A stretch of 64,000 nucleotides of DNA. Source: Planctomycetota bacterium (lineage in GTDB: Bacteria; Planctomycetota; UBA1135; UBA2386). The stretch is taken from assembly GCA_965223545.1 (NCBI GenBank), contig OZ245006.1, positions 3,968,001 to 4,032,000 of the forward strand. The letters are read 5' to 3'. Positions 51,056 through 60,260 of this stretch are shown piece by piece; the first letter of the stretch is position 1; each line of letters starts with the position of its first letter. The position numbers and the translations under genes were made by a program. Under the pieces are notes generated by a model. It did not search any database. It saw only the letters and a program-made list of their open reading frames with translations, and was not told the DNA's origin.

Positions 51056-51355
51056 GGGGAGCGCGGAGCGAACTCGGACGACCCGAGGTACGCATCCCGG
51101 GCGGGGCAGGTCCGAAGCGGAGCGGGAGGGAAGGGCAGCTACACCGCAGCGCGTGACGACCGGCGCGCAGCGATCTCGGCTTCTTCACTCACTCTTAGCG
51201 AACTTCGCCGCGCTTTGAAAGCGCGTGCGAATCGAACTTCGCAAAGCCGATGGCAGCGGCGATCAAAGTGCGTTGTGCAACTGCCCCATCGGCGTTCGAA
51301 GAAATTGCGAAGTGGTAAGATTCTCGGAGGCCGCGCACCGCGCCGGGGCTCGGAT

Positions 51356-52462
51356 TCAAGGACGCGCCGCGCGTCGGGCGCGCAGGTGTGCGATGGCGTC
51401 GGCAACGGCGTGGCCGGCAGCGCGCGCGTCGTCGATCGAGGTCGTGTGCGATACGCTGAAACGAACGCAGCTGCGCGCGTCGTGTTCGTCCAGACCCATG
51501 GCCGTCAACACGCGCGGTGGTGATGGTGCACCCGATGAACACGCCGAGCCTTGCGATGCCTGCACCCCGGCGAGATCCAGCGCCGGCATGAGGGCGCGGC
51601 CGTCGATTCCGGCGAACAGATATGCTGCGGTGTTCGGTATGGCGTGCGTCGGCGTCAGCCGGCGCGCATCCGCGGCGGCCATCGCGGTCTCGAAGGCGTC
51701 GAGGGCGGCGCCCATGTGGGCCGCGCGCTGCGCGCGTTCGTCGACCGCGAGCTGGACCGCCAGCGCGGTCGCCGCCGCCAGTGCCGGCGAGACCGTGCCC
51801 GCGCGGTGGCCGCGTTCTTGGCCACCACCGCGGATCAGCGGGGCGATCGAGGCGGGGTGGCGCAGCCACACGACGCTGGCTCCGCGCAGTCCGGCCGCCT
51901 TGTGGGCGGAAAAGGTGATCGAATCGGCCAGCTGGAGCACGGGCCGGAGATCGACGCGGCCGAGGGTCTGCGCCGCGTCGACGTGCAGCGGGACACCGGC
52001 GTCGTCGGCGACGGCGCGGGCTTGTTCCAGCGGCTGCAAGGTGCCGACCTCGCTCTGCGCGTGCACCAGGCAGACCAGCCCGATGGGTTGGTCGACCGCG
52101 GTGACGGCAGCGGTTGCGTCCGGCCGCACTTGCCACCACACCGCGCCGCGGCGCTCGGCGCCCACCGTCACCGACGGGTGCTCGACCGGCGCGAGCAGAA
52201 CCGGCAGCGCGGTGTCGCCGGCGCCGTTGACGATCAGGTTGTTGGCCTCGGTGCCGCCGGAGACGAAGACGAGCTGGTCGGGCTGGGCGTCGAGCGCCCC
52301 GGCCAGCGCGTCGCGCGCGTCCTCCACGGCGCGTGCCGCGCTCCGCCCGCTGCCGTGGAGGCTCGCGGGGTTGGCCGGCGTCGCCCGCTCGACTTCGATG
52401 AAACGTCGCAACACCCGCGGGTCCACCGGGGTGCAAGCGTTGTGATCGAGGTAGATCTTCAT
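51356..52462 (-). CDS. Cysteine desulfurase (group I, IscS/NifS-like)
   Basis: IYLDHNA.TP, NPASLH, SGGTEANN, HVDAAQ, SAHK, GGGQERG.R.GT, GSACSSG. Confidence 0.92.
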   Translation of the reverse strand: MKIYLDHNACTPVDPRVLRRFIEVERATPANPASLHGSGRSAARAVEDARDALAGALDAQPDQLVFVSGGTEANNLIVNGAGDTALPVLLAPVEHPSVTVGAERRGAVWWQVRPDATAAVTAVDQPIGLVCLVHAQSEVGTLQPLEQARAVADDAGVPLHVDAAQTLGRVDLRPVLQLADSITFSAHKAAGLRGASVVWLRHPASIAPLIRGGGQERGHRAGTVSPALAAATALAVQLAVDERAQRAAHMGAALDAFETAMAAADARRLTPTHAIPNTAAYLFAGIDGRALMPALDLAGVQASQGSACSSGAPSPPRVLTAMGLDEHDARSCVRFSVSHTTSIDDARAAGHAVADAIAHLRARRAARP

Positions 52463-53571
52463 CCACCGGCCACGACATCACGGTACAGCTGGAAGTACCG
52501 CTCCAAGATCTTGGACTGGTCGAACTCGGTTTCGGCGCGCTGGCGCGCCGCGACGCTGAGGCGGCGGTGCAGCTGCTCGTCGCGCAGCAGAGACAGGCAG
52601 CCGCGGCCGAGCTCGTCCGGCCGAGCGCATTCGGCGTAGACGCCGGTGTCGGCCACGACTTCGCGCACGCCACCGACGTCGGTCGTCGCGCACGGCACGC
52701 CGCAGCTCATCGCCTCGAGCATCGTCATGCCGAAGCTCTCGGTCTCCGACGCCATCAGGCAGAGGTCGGCGTCGGCGAAGATCCCCTCGGGGGAGGTGAC
52801 CTGCGGCACGTGCTGTACGCGGTCGAGGCAGCCGAGATCGGAAGCGACCGCGAAGGCGTGCTCCCGATCCGGCCCGTCGCCGACGAGCACCAAACGGGCC
52901 GGCAGCTCGTCGGTGATGACCTTGAACGCGCGCACCACATCGGCGACCCGCTTGACTGGCCGGAAGTTGCTGGCGTGCACGATGATCCGCTCCTCGTCCG
53001 CGCGTTCGTAGTAGCGCCCCTGGGTGCCGGGCACGTAGCGCTCGGTGTCGACGAAGTTGGGAATCACCGCGATTGGCTGGCGGGTGCCGAACAGCAGCCG
53101 GGTTTCGTTGGCCAGGAACTCGCTGACCGCGGTGACCCCGTTCGACTGATCGATGGCAAATCTGGTCGGCCGCATGTAGGCGCGGTCCGCGCCGACGACG
53201 GTGATGTCGGTGCCGTGCAATGTGGTGATGAAGCGCAGTTTGCCGCCCGACATCGAGCGCGCCAGGTAGGCGCTGACCGCGTGCGGAATCGCGTAGTGCA
53301 CGTGGAACACGTCGATGCCCGCTTCTTCCTGCACCTCGAGCATGCGCGTGGCCAGCGCCAGGTCGTACGGAGGGAAGCGCAACAGCGGGTAGCCCGCCAC
53401 CCGCACGTCGTGGTAGCGCAGACCGGTCACGTTGCCGCGCAGGCGGTGCGGACGGTCGTAGCTGATCAGGTGCACTTCGTGACCGCAGGCCGCCGCATGC
53501 AGGGCGACTTCGGTCGCGATGACGCTGCTGCCACCCACGGTCGGGTAGCAGACGATGCCGAGCCGGAGCAT
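52459..53571 (-). CDS. bshA: N-acetyl-alpha-D-glucosaminyl L-malate synthase
   Basis: GI.CYPT.GGS.V.ATE, HVHYAIPHA, TTLHGTDIT.VG, H.SNFRPVKR, ESFG...LEAM. Confidence 0.93.
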   Translation of the reverse strand: MLRLGIVCYPTVGGSSVIATEVALHAAACGHEVHLISYDRPHRLRGNVTGLRYHDVRVAGYPLLRFPPYDLALATRMLEVQEEAGIDVFHVHYAIPHAVSAYLARSMSGGKLRFITTLHGTDITVVGADRAYMRPTRFAIDQSNGVTAVSEFLANETRLLFGTRQPIAVIPNFVDTERYVPGTQGRYYERADEERIIVHASNFRPVKRVADVVRAFKVITDELPARLVLVGDGPDREHAFAVASDLGCLDRVQHVPQVTSPEGIFADADLCLMASETESFGMTMLEAMSCGVPCATTDVGGVREVVADTGVYAECARPDELGRGCLSLLRDEQLHRRLSVAARQRAETEFDQSKILERYFQLYRDVVAGG

Positions 53572-53635
53572 TGGGCGCGATTCTACGAGGCGTGCGGCGG
53601 ATCCGTTGGGCGCGAAATCGCGCGTTCCCGCGGTC

Positions 53636-53875
53636 GGCTCAGCGCGGCCACGGCGGCAACCGAACTCGGATGCCGCTCTTGCCGGAGCGCTTTGGAGGGT
53701 CCGACCCATCCGCCGCCGCGCTGAGCCCGGAGGCACTGTCTCTCCGAGCCTCCGGCGCGGCGGCGACGTTGCCATGGCAGCGGCGTCGCCTCGAAAATGT
53801 TGTCGAAGCTCGAAGGTTCGAGGCGCCGGAGGCTCAGCGCGGCCACGGCGGCAACCAAACTCGGGCTCAGCCCGG
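53636..53875 (-). repeat. BIME-like mosaic containing copy 2 of the 120-bp element plus 34-bp direct repeats
   Basis: 53717-53836 is the reverse complement of 5256-5375; GGCTCAGCGCGG units alternate in orientation at 53636, 53716 and 53831; 34-bp near-perfect direct repeat 53636-53669 / 53831-53864. Confidence 0.88.
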
Positions 53876-54448
53876 CAGGGTGAGGCGGAACTCCACCTCG
53901 CGCCCCGCTGCCTGCCAGGTCAGCTTTGCGCCGAGCGCGCGCACGAAGTCCTCGAGCGAGCGGAAGTGCATCTCCGGCGGGATGGCGGGTGACTCGCCGA
54001 GGGGGTGGCGCGCGCGCACGAGCAGGACGGCATCGCCCTCGCTGGTCGTCGGTTGGATGCAGACATCGCCGCCGTCACCGGCGTGATCGCTGGCCAGGTG
54101 CAGCACGCGCTCGATCGTCGTGCCGAGGACCGCCGCGTCGATCGGTGGCGTCGGCGGGGGCTCGGCGGGCGCGATGTAGTCGACGTGCTGATCCAACGAC
54201 TCGATGGCGCGCTGCGCGCAACCGCGCACCAGCGCGCAGAACGGGTCGTCGTCGCGCGCCGCCGGCGCCGGCAGCGCGTTGCGGCCGCCCATCAGCGAGG
54301 CCAGCGCGTCCTGCAAGCCCGCCGTCTCGCGCTCCAGCGCCGAGGCGATGGTCTCGGGGTCGGCGAGCTCGACCCCGTCACAGATCCGCGCCGCGGCCTC
54401 GTCGATGGCATGCAGCGAGCGTTCCAGGGGTTTCTCGTCGGGCGACAT
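53867..54448 (-). CDS. Histidine-kinase-like protein with degenerate ATPase domain (ChpT-like pseudokinase candidate)
   Basis: N-terminal H-x8-I-x-DGVEL helix; C-terminal D...L...I..VL..A..H...GG.V.I....L.V...F...LG..L.....EF.LTLP without N/G1/G2 boxes. Confidence 0.55.
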   Translation of the reverse strand: MSPDEKPLERSLHAIDEAAARICDGVELADPETIASALERETAGLQDALASLMGGRNALPAPAARDDDPFCALVRGCAQRAIESLDQHVDYIAPAEPPPTPPIDAAVLGTTIERVLHLASDHAGDGGDVCIQPTTSEGDAVLLVRARHPLGESPAIPPEMHFRSLEDFVRALGAKLTWQAAGREVEFRLTLPG

Positions 54449-54579
54449 CGGCACTCTCCGCCGGTGTGATCGACCGCGGGCGGGCTCGGGCTTGATGGCG
54501 GCTGCGGCGAATGTCGCGTTCTTGGACGGTGCGGCGCTGGTGATGAATGGGAGCCTGGCTCCGTACGTTCACCGTACGT

Positions 54580-55404
54580 TCAGTCGGCGCCGAGGTCGGC
54601 GAGGACTTCGTCGTCTTGGTCGGGGGCCGTGGGCCGCTCGATGGGCATGCCGAGGAACTCGCGGGCGAAGGTGTCGTGGTCGAGGGCGCCGTTGGATTCG
54701 GGGGCGTGCTCGAAGATCGTGCGGCCGAAGCTGGGAGCTTCGGCGAGCTTGACGTTGGCGCGAATGACGGTGTCGGCGACCGCGGCGCCGAAGTGGGCGC
54801 GGATCTCGGCGAGGACTTCGCTGGCGAGGTTGGTGCGCAGGTCGACCATGCACGCAAGGACGTGGCCGACGCGCAGCTGTGGGTTGAGGCGTCGCTGGAC
54901 CAAGTCGATGACCTCGAGCAGCTTGGCCATGCCTTGCAGCGCGAAGTACTCGGTCTGCATCGGGATCAGCACCGAGTCCGCGGCGACCAGCGCGTTCGCC
55001 GACAGCACCCCCAGCGATGGTGGGCAGTCCATCAGCACGTAGTCGAACGGCGTGCTGCGCTGCAGCTGCTCGAGGGCTTCGCGCAGGATCATCTCGCGGC
55101 CGATGCGGTCGGACAGGGCTTGCTCGACCGAGGCGAGCGCGGTGTCCGCCGCGGCCAAGAACAAGCCGTCGGTCGCGGTCGGGGTCACCGCGTCGGCCAA
55201 CGGCACGTCGTGCAGGAAGAGATCGGTGATGGTGCGCTGCGTGGTCTCCGGCCGACAGTCGACGTGCAGAGTGCAGTTGGCCTGTGGATCCAGGTCGAGC
55301 AGCAGGACCCGCTGGCCGTGCCGGGCAAGGGCTGCTCCGTGGTTGACGGTGGTGGTGGTCTTGCCGACCCCGCCCTTCTGATTGATGACCGCCACGCGCT
55401 TCAT
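54580..55404 (-). CDS. parA: ParA/Soj family ATPase
   Basis: NQKGGVGKTTT, DLDPQAN, DCPPSLG, Q.EYFALQG, NVKLAEAPSFG. Confidence 0.93.
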   Translation of the reverse strand: MKRVAVINQKGGVGKTTTTVNHGAALARHGQRVLLLDLDPQANCTLHVDCRPETTQRTITDLFLHDVPLADAVTPTATDGLFLAAADTALASVEQALSDRIGREMILREALEQLQRSTPFDYVLMDCPPSLGVLSANALVAADSVLIPMQTEYFALQGMAKLLEVIDLVQRRLNPQLRVGHVLACMVDLRTNLASEVLAEIRAHFGAAVADTVIRANVKLAEAPSFGRTIFEHAPESNGALDHDTFAREFLGMPIERPTAPDQDDEVLADLGAD

Positions 55405-55504
55405 GCCGATAGCCCCCTGCTGCTTGTCTATGCGGGTGATTCTCGGGGCAGCGTCGCCGAGCCGCAAAACAAACCGTGGTTCGAGCGGCGCGCGAGTTCC
55501 CGCT

Positions 55505-56218
55505 TCAGAGCAGGGCGGTGAGGTCGTCGACGCGCAGCGGCCCGTCCAGCCAGAACGGTTCGGCCGCCTGGCAGGCCGCGCGGGCACCGTAGAACGCGTC
55601 GCGGGCGCGGGCGCGCTCGACGATGTCGAGGCCGACCATGTGCCGGCGATCGCCGCCGGGCAGCTGCGAGGCGTAGCAGCGCAGTGCTTCGAGCTTGGCG
55701 TCGGCCTGCCCCGAGGTGTCGACGCACAGGGTCGCCACTGGCAGCTCGTGGTGTAAGGGGTAGCGCAAAAAGAGCTTGGGTCGATGGGCTGCGCCGAGCT
55801 CGGGCCAGAGGGCGGCGAGGCCGGCGGTGAAGAACGCGCGGCTGGCGAGCGCTCCGGTGGCGGCGTGGTCGGGGTGCACGTCGCGCTCGAGCGGGGCGAT
55901 CAGGATCGAGGGCCGCAGCGCGCGCAGCGCCTCGATCAGGGCGCGCAGGGCGGTCTCGTCGTCGCGCAGCCGGGCATCCGGCAGGCCCAGGTTGCGCCGC
56001 TCCGTCAAGCCGAGCCGCGCGCTCGCGGCGGCGCACTCGGCTGCCCGGGTCTGCGGATCACCCAGGCTGCCCATCTCGCCCCGGGTGAGATCGACCACCG
56101 CGACGCGGCGACCGGCCGCGGTGAGTTTGAGGATCGTGCCGCCGCAGCCGAGCTCGGCGTCGTCGGGATGCGGACCCAGCACCACCACGTCCATCGCCTC
56201 GGTCCCGCGGTTGGCCAT
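55505..56218 (-). CDS. bshB1: Bacillithiol biosynthesis deacetylase (PIG-L family)
   Basis: PHPDDAELGCGGT, DLTRGEMGS.G, NLGLPD, HPDH, CYASQ, AEPF; adjacent to bshC. Confidence 0.9.
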   Translation of the reverse strand: MANRGTEAMDVVVLGPHPDDAELGCGGTILKLTAAGRRVAVVDLTRGEMGSLGDPQTRAAECAAASARLGLTERRNLGLPDARLRDDETALRALIEALRALRPSILIAPLERDVHPDHAATGALASRAFFTAGLAALWPELGAAHRPKLFLRYPLHHELPVATLCVDTSGQADAKLEALRCYASQLPGGDRRHMVGLDIVERARARDAFYGARAACQAAEPFWLDGPLRVDDLTALL

Positions 56219-57774
56219 CAGAGCTCCACCACCAGATGCTCGAGGGCGAACGGGTCGGCGGCGTCGACGAGGGTGTCGGCGAGCTCGATGCCGTGCGCCA
56301 CCATGAAGGGCACTGGACCGAGCACGCGCTCCTGCAGCCGGCCGCCCGGCAGCAGGTTGCTGCACAGCCGGCGCACCTGCCGCATCCCGGTGCCCTCGCG
56401 GTTCTGCCGGGAGCGCCGCACGCGCCCGCCGAGCCGCTGCAGCTCGTCGACGAGCTTGCTGCGGGTGCGCTCGAAGGGGCCGACCATCTGGCCGTCGAGC
56501 TTGCGCATCTGGCTCGCCAGCTCTGCCAGGCGCTCGCCCAGATCCGCCGCCAGCGCGTCCAAGCCCATCTCGACCGGGCTGTTCTCGCCCTCGTTGAGGG
56601 TCTGGCCGAGCGCGACCGGACCGCGGGCCAAGTCCGGCAGATCCCAGCCGAAGCGGTGCAGCAGCTTCTTCTGCGACGGCTCGATCAGCGAGAGCGAGGC
56701 GCGCGGCACGAACACCGGGGCGGGGACGCCGAGGTGGCGGTACAGCGGACCCGCGACGGACAGATACGCCAGCTCGCCGGGGCCGGCGATGGTGGCGATG
56801 TTGGGCAGACACGCGTCCTGCCACAGTGGCCGCAACAGGACGCCGGGGCTCATCGCGGTGGATCGCGGCATCACGTCGCCGTCGGCGAGCGGCAAGCGGC
56901 GCTGCCCGGTGTCCTGGAACATCAGCGTCGCGGTCGGATCGAAGGTGACGTCGACGCCGACGTCGCCGAGGTGCTCGATCGCGCCGCGCACCACTTCGCG
57001 CAGCTCGGCAGCGGACTCGAGCCACCGCGGTAGCACCTCGAAGGCCTGCTCCGGCAGGTCGCGCGGCTCGATCACCAGTAGACCGTGGTGACCGAACAGC
57101 GCGAACAGCATGCGCGCCATCGTCGAGCCGAAGGTGTCGTCGTCGCTGCGCGGCCGCACCGTGTCCATGGCCCAGTCGCGGAACTCGGACTTGGGCATCA
57201 AGTCGTCGAGCGCCGGCAGCGCCTGCTCGAGGGCGTGGCCGATCGGGATGTGGCGCAGCGAGGCGCCGGTGCGCGGCAGGTCGAGCCGCACGCGCTGGGT
57301 GTCGAGGTTGGCGTTGACCAAGAACGCGCGGTTGGCCTCGTCGAAGTCGTGGTCGTCGGTGTGGTTCCAGAACACCGGCACGACCGGCGCCGCGCCGGGC
57401 AGCGCCGACAGCTCGCGCGCCAGCCGAATCGCCGTCGCCGCCTTGTGCACGCTGTAGAGCGGACCGCCGAACAGACCCGGCTGCTGGCCGGTGACCACAG
57501 CACAGGTGCGCTCGTCGGCGAGCGCGGCGGCGTTGCGCAGCGCGGCCTCCGGGGCCTCGTGGCGCTCGGCGTAGGCGGTGAAGGCGGCGGCGAGCGCGTC
57601 GGCGGGCACCAACCGGCGGGCCCGCGCCGGGGCGGCCTGCTGCAGCTGATGGGCGGTCGCCGGGCGAGTGCCCAAGAACCGGTGCAGGTCCGGGTCCTCT
57701 TCGAGGTAGCGCAGGTGGACGTCGGAATCGGAGCCCAGCAGGCGGAACGGCAGGCGGCGCACGCGGTGGCTCAC
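56218..57774 (-). CDS. bshC: Bacillithiol biosynthesis cysteine-adding enzyme
   Basis: VVTGQQPGLFGGPLY..HK, VPVFW...DHDFDE, SP.VLLRPL.QD, GPGELAY, P.G.LQER; GTG start. Confidence 0.93.
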   Translation of the reverse strand: MSHRVRRLPFRLLGSDSDVHLRYLEEDPDLHRFLGTRPATAHQLQQAAPARARRLVPADALAAAFTAYAERHEAPEAALRNAAALADERTCAVVTGQQPGLFGGPLYSVHKAATAIRLARELSALPGAAPVVPVFWNHTDDHDFDEANRAFLVNANLDTQRVRLDLPRTGASLRHIPIGHALEQALPALDDLMPKSEFRDWAMDTVRPRSDDDTFGSTMARMLFALFGHHGLLVIEPRDLPEQAFEVLPRWLESAAELREVVRGAIEHLGDVGVDVTFDPTATLMFQDTGQRRLPLADGDVMPRSTAMSPGVLLRPLWQDACLPNIATIAGPGELAYLSVAGPLYRHLGVPAPVFVPRASLSLIEPSQKKLLHRFGWDLPDLARGPVALGQTLNEGENSPVEMGLDALAADLGERLAELASQMRKLDGQMVGPFERTRSKLVDELQRLGGRVRRSRQNREGTGMRQVRRLCSNLLPGGRLQERVLGPVPFMVAHGIELADTLVDAADPFALEHLVVEL

Positions 57775-58640
57775 GGCGTGCTCCGCTGGCTCGCGGCCTC
57801 GCGCGCGCGCTTGGCGAATGCGTCCGCCGCTGCCGACAGCTGCGCGCGCCAGTCGGCGGCGCTGGGTGGTGCGGCGTGCATGACACCGCGGCTCTGGCTG
57901 ATCAAGCCGCCGAGGCCCGTGTCGTCGAACGCGGCGGCGGTGTCCGCCTCGGTGGCGCCCTGCGCGCCCACCCCCGGCAACAGCAGCCAGGCGCGCGGCA
58001 TCAGGCCGCGCAGCCGGCGCAGATCGTCCGGGCTGGTCGCGCCGACCACGGCGCCGACGGGCGTGTAGTCGTCGCCGTCGCCGGCCAGCTGCGCGCCCCA
58101 TTGGTGCACGGCGCGGGCGACGCGGTCGCACAGCCGCTCCTCCCCCACGTCCAAGTCCTGCAGCTCGGCGGCGGACGGATTGCTGGTGCGCACCAGCACG
58201 AACACGCCCTTGCCGTCGTCGACACAGCGGGCGAAGAACGGCTGCAGCGAATCGGAGCCGAGGTACGGCTGCAGGGTGACCGCGTCGGCGAGATCGAGGT
58301 GATAGGCGGCGTAGGCCTCGGCCGTGCTGCCGATGTCGCCGCGCTTGATATCGCCGATCACCAAGACGCCGCATTCCCTGGCTTGCCGGCAGGTCGCCTC
58401 GTACGCCGCCAGCCCGGCGGCCCCGTAGCGCTCGAAGAAGGCGATGTTGGGCTTCACCGCGGCGACGTGCGGAGCGAGTACGGGCAGCGCTTCGCGGTAA
58501 TACGCCTGGATGCGGTCGGCCGGAGGAGCGCCGGGCGCAATGTTGTCGGGAAGAGCCTGAATCCGCGGGTCGAGTCCCACCACGACCGGGCCGGCGCGTC
58601 GCACGGCGTCGGCGAGGCGGGAGGCGAAGTCGGGGCTCAT
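57771..58640 (-). CDS. pyrF: Orotidine-5'-phosphate decarboxylase
   Basis: VGLDP, KPNIAFFE, D.KRGDIG.TA.AY, RTSNP, GAVVGAT, LPG.GAQG, SR. Confidence 0.95.
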   Translation of the reverse strand: MSPDFASRLADAVRRAGPVVVGLDPRIQALPDNIAPGAPPADRIQAYYREALPVLAPHVAAVKPNIAFFERYGAAGLAAYEATCRQARECGVLVIGDIKRGDIGSTAEAYAAYHLDLADAVTLQPYLGSDSLQPFFARCVDDGKGVFVLVRTSNPSAAELQDLDVGEERLCDRVARAVHQWGAQLAGDGDDYTPVGAVVGATSPDDLRRLRGLMPRAWLLLPGVGAQGATEADTAAAFDDTGLGGLISQSRGVMHAAPPSAADWRAQLSAAADAFAKRAREAASQRSTP

Positions 58641-58811
58641 CGCGCAAGAGCCTAGCAGACCGCCGGCAAGTTGCTCGGCCGGTGTGGCGTCGATTCCGCG
58701 GCGTCCGCGTTTCCTTCTCAGTCTCGGCAAAGGGGTGGCGTCGCGCTGCCAAAACCGTTTGCATGCCGCGATCTCGCCCCGTGCCGACCCCGTCGAGAGG
58801 TCTTTGCCGCC

Positions 58812-59963
58812 ATGGTTTCAGTCTTCGTCCCTGCAGAATCGGAGCCCGGTGAGACCCGGGTCGCGGCGGTTCCCGAGACCGTCAAGAACATGGTCAAGCA
58901 CGGCCTCTCGGTGACCGTGCAGGCCGGCGCCGGCACGGCGTCGGGGTTTCTCGACAACGACTATCAAGAGGCCGGCGCGACCATCGCCGCCGACGATGGT
59001 GCGATGCGCGCCGCCGACTTGGTCCTTCGGGTGCGGCCGCCGCGCGACGGCTCGGCCGAGTGCGAGCTGAAGGAAGGCGCGATCTTGATGTGCAGCCTGC
59101 AGCCGATGCTGCGCCTGCCCCTGGTCGAGGAGCTGCGCAAGCGCAAGATCACCGCGGTGGCGATGGACTTGATGCCGCGCATCACGCGCGCGCAGAAGAT
59201 GGACATCCTCAGCAGCCAGGCGACCACGGCGGGCTACCACGCGGTGCTGCTCGCCGCAGCGTCGCTGCCGAAGATGTTTCCGCTGTTCATGACCGCGGCC
59301 GGCACGTTGACCCCGGCCCGCGTGGTCGTGCTCGGTGCCGGCGTCGCCGGTCTGCAGGCGATCGCCACCGCCAAGCGCCTCGGCGCGGTGGTGGAGGCCA
59401 ACGACATCCGGCCGGCGGTGGCCGAGCAGGTCGAGAGCCTCGGCGCCAAGTTCATCGACACCGGGACGCCGCCCCAGGCGGAGACCGCGGGGGGCTACGC
59501 CAAGGAGACCTCCGAGGAGTACGCCCGAAAGCAGAAGGAGATCCTCACCCGGCACCTCTCCGCCGCCGACGTGGTGATCACCACGGCCCTGATTCCGGGC
59601 CGCAAGGCCCCGGTGCTGGTCAGCGACGAGATGCTGCAGGCGATGCGGCCGGGCTCGGTGGTCGTCGACCTGGCGGTCGAGATGGGCGGCAACGTCGAGG
59701 GCAGCGTCGCCGGTCAGACCGTCGAGGTGCACGGCGTCAAGATCATCGGCGAGCCGAACATGCCGGCAAAGGTCTGCACCGACGCCAGCCGGATGTTCGC
59801 CCGCAACCTCAACGCGTTCCTGTTCGACGGCTGGATCGACAAGGAGGGCAACATGGCGGTGAAGCTGGACGACGAGTGCGTCGTCGCGACGACCGTCACC
59901 CGCGACGGTGAGGTGAAACACAAGGGCGCGGCCGAAGCGCTGTCCGCCAAGGGAGCTTCGTGA
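58812..59963 (+). CDS. pntA: NAD(P) transhydrogenase subunit alpha, part 1
   Basis: GETRVA..P, PRITRAQ.MD.LSSQ, GAGVAGLQAIATAKRLGA, GGYAKE, TTALIPG..AP, DLA.E.GGN. Confidence 0.95.
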   Translation: MVSVFVPAESEPGETRVAAVPETVKNMVKHGLSVTVQAGAGTASGFLDNDYQEAGATIAADDGAMRAADLVLRVRPPRDGSAECELKEGAILMCSLQPMLRLPLVEELRKRKITAVAMDLMPRITRAQKMDILSSQATTAGYHAVLLAAASLPKMFPLFMTAAGTLTPARVVVLGAGVAGLQAIATAKRLGAVVEANDIRPAVAEQVESLGAKFIDTGTPPQAETAGGYAKETSEEYARKQKEILTRHLSAADVVITTALIPGRKAPVLVSDEMLQAMRPGSVVVDLAVEMGGNVEGSVAGQTVEVHGVKIIGEPNMPAKVCTDASRMFARNLNAFLFDGWIDKEGNMAVKLDDECVVATTVTRDGEVKHKGAAEALSAKGAS

Positions 59964-60250
59964 TGGTCGACATCAGTCTCTATCTGTTCGTCTTCATGCT
60001 CGCCGCGTTCGTCGGCTTCGAGCTGATCACCAAGGTGCCGCCGACGCTGCACACGCCGCTGATGTCCGGCAGCAACGCCGTCTCGGGCGTGACCATCGTC
60101 GGCGCGCTGCTGGCGGTGAGCACCGCCGAGGGCTATCCGCAGCTGGCGATGATCTTCGGCTTCGTGTCGCTGGTGTTCGCCACGATCAACGTGGTCGGCG
60201 GTTTCCTGGTCACCGACCGCATGCTCGGCATGTTCAAGAAGAAGGGCTGA
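59963..60250 (+). CDS. NAD(P) transhydrogenase subunit alpha, part 2 (membrane)
   Basis: KVPPTLHTPLMSG.NA.SG, INVVGGF.VTDRML.MF. Confidence 0.95.
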   Translation: MVDISLYLFVFMLAAFVGFELITKVPPTLHTPLMSGSNAVSGVTIVGALLAVSTAEGYPQLAMIFGFVSLVFATINVVGGFLVTDRMLGMFKKKG

Positions 60251-60260
60251 GGGCGCTACC

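Noticed and set aside
51100..51145. CAGGTCCGAAG...GCAGC resembling SRP RNA domain IV
   Set aside because: Lacks the GGAA tetraloop with AGCAG symmetric loop and the long flanking helix
51180..51350. Possible rpmH (L34) upstream of dnaA
   Set aside because: No MKRT..P...R...HGF-like frame found on either strand
53294..53309. TAGTGCACGTGGAACA parS-like site near parA
   Set aside because: Three mismatches in one arm; encodes the conserved FHVHY motif of BshA
53572..53775. N-terminal extension of BshA (MATSPPRRRLGETVPPGSAR) identical to ORF 5317..5520
   Set aside because: Both are translations of the non-coding 120-bp repeat; BshA homology starts at 53571
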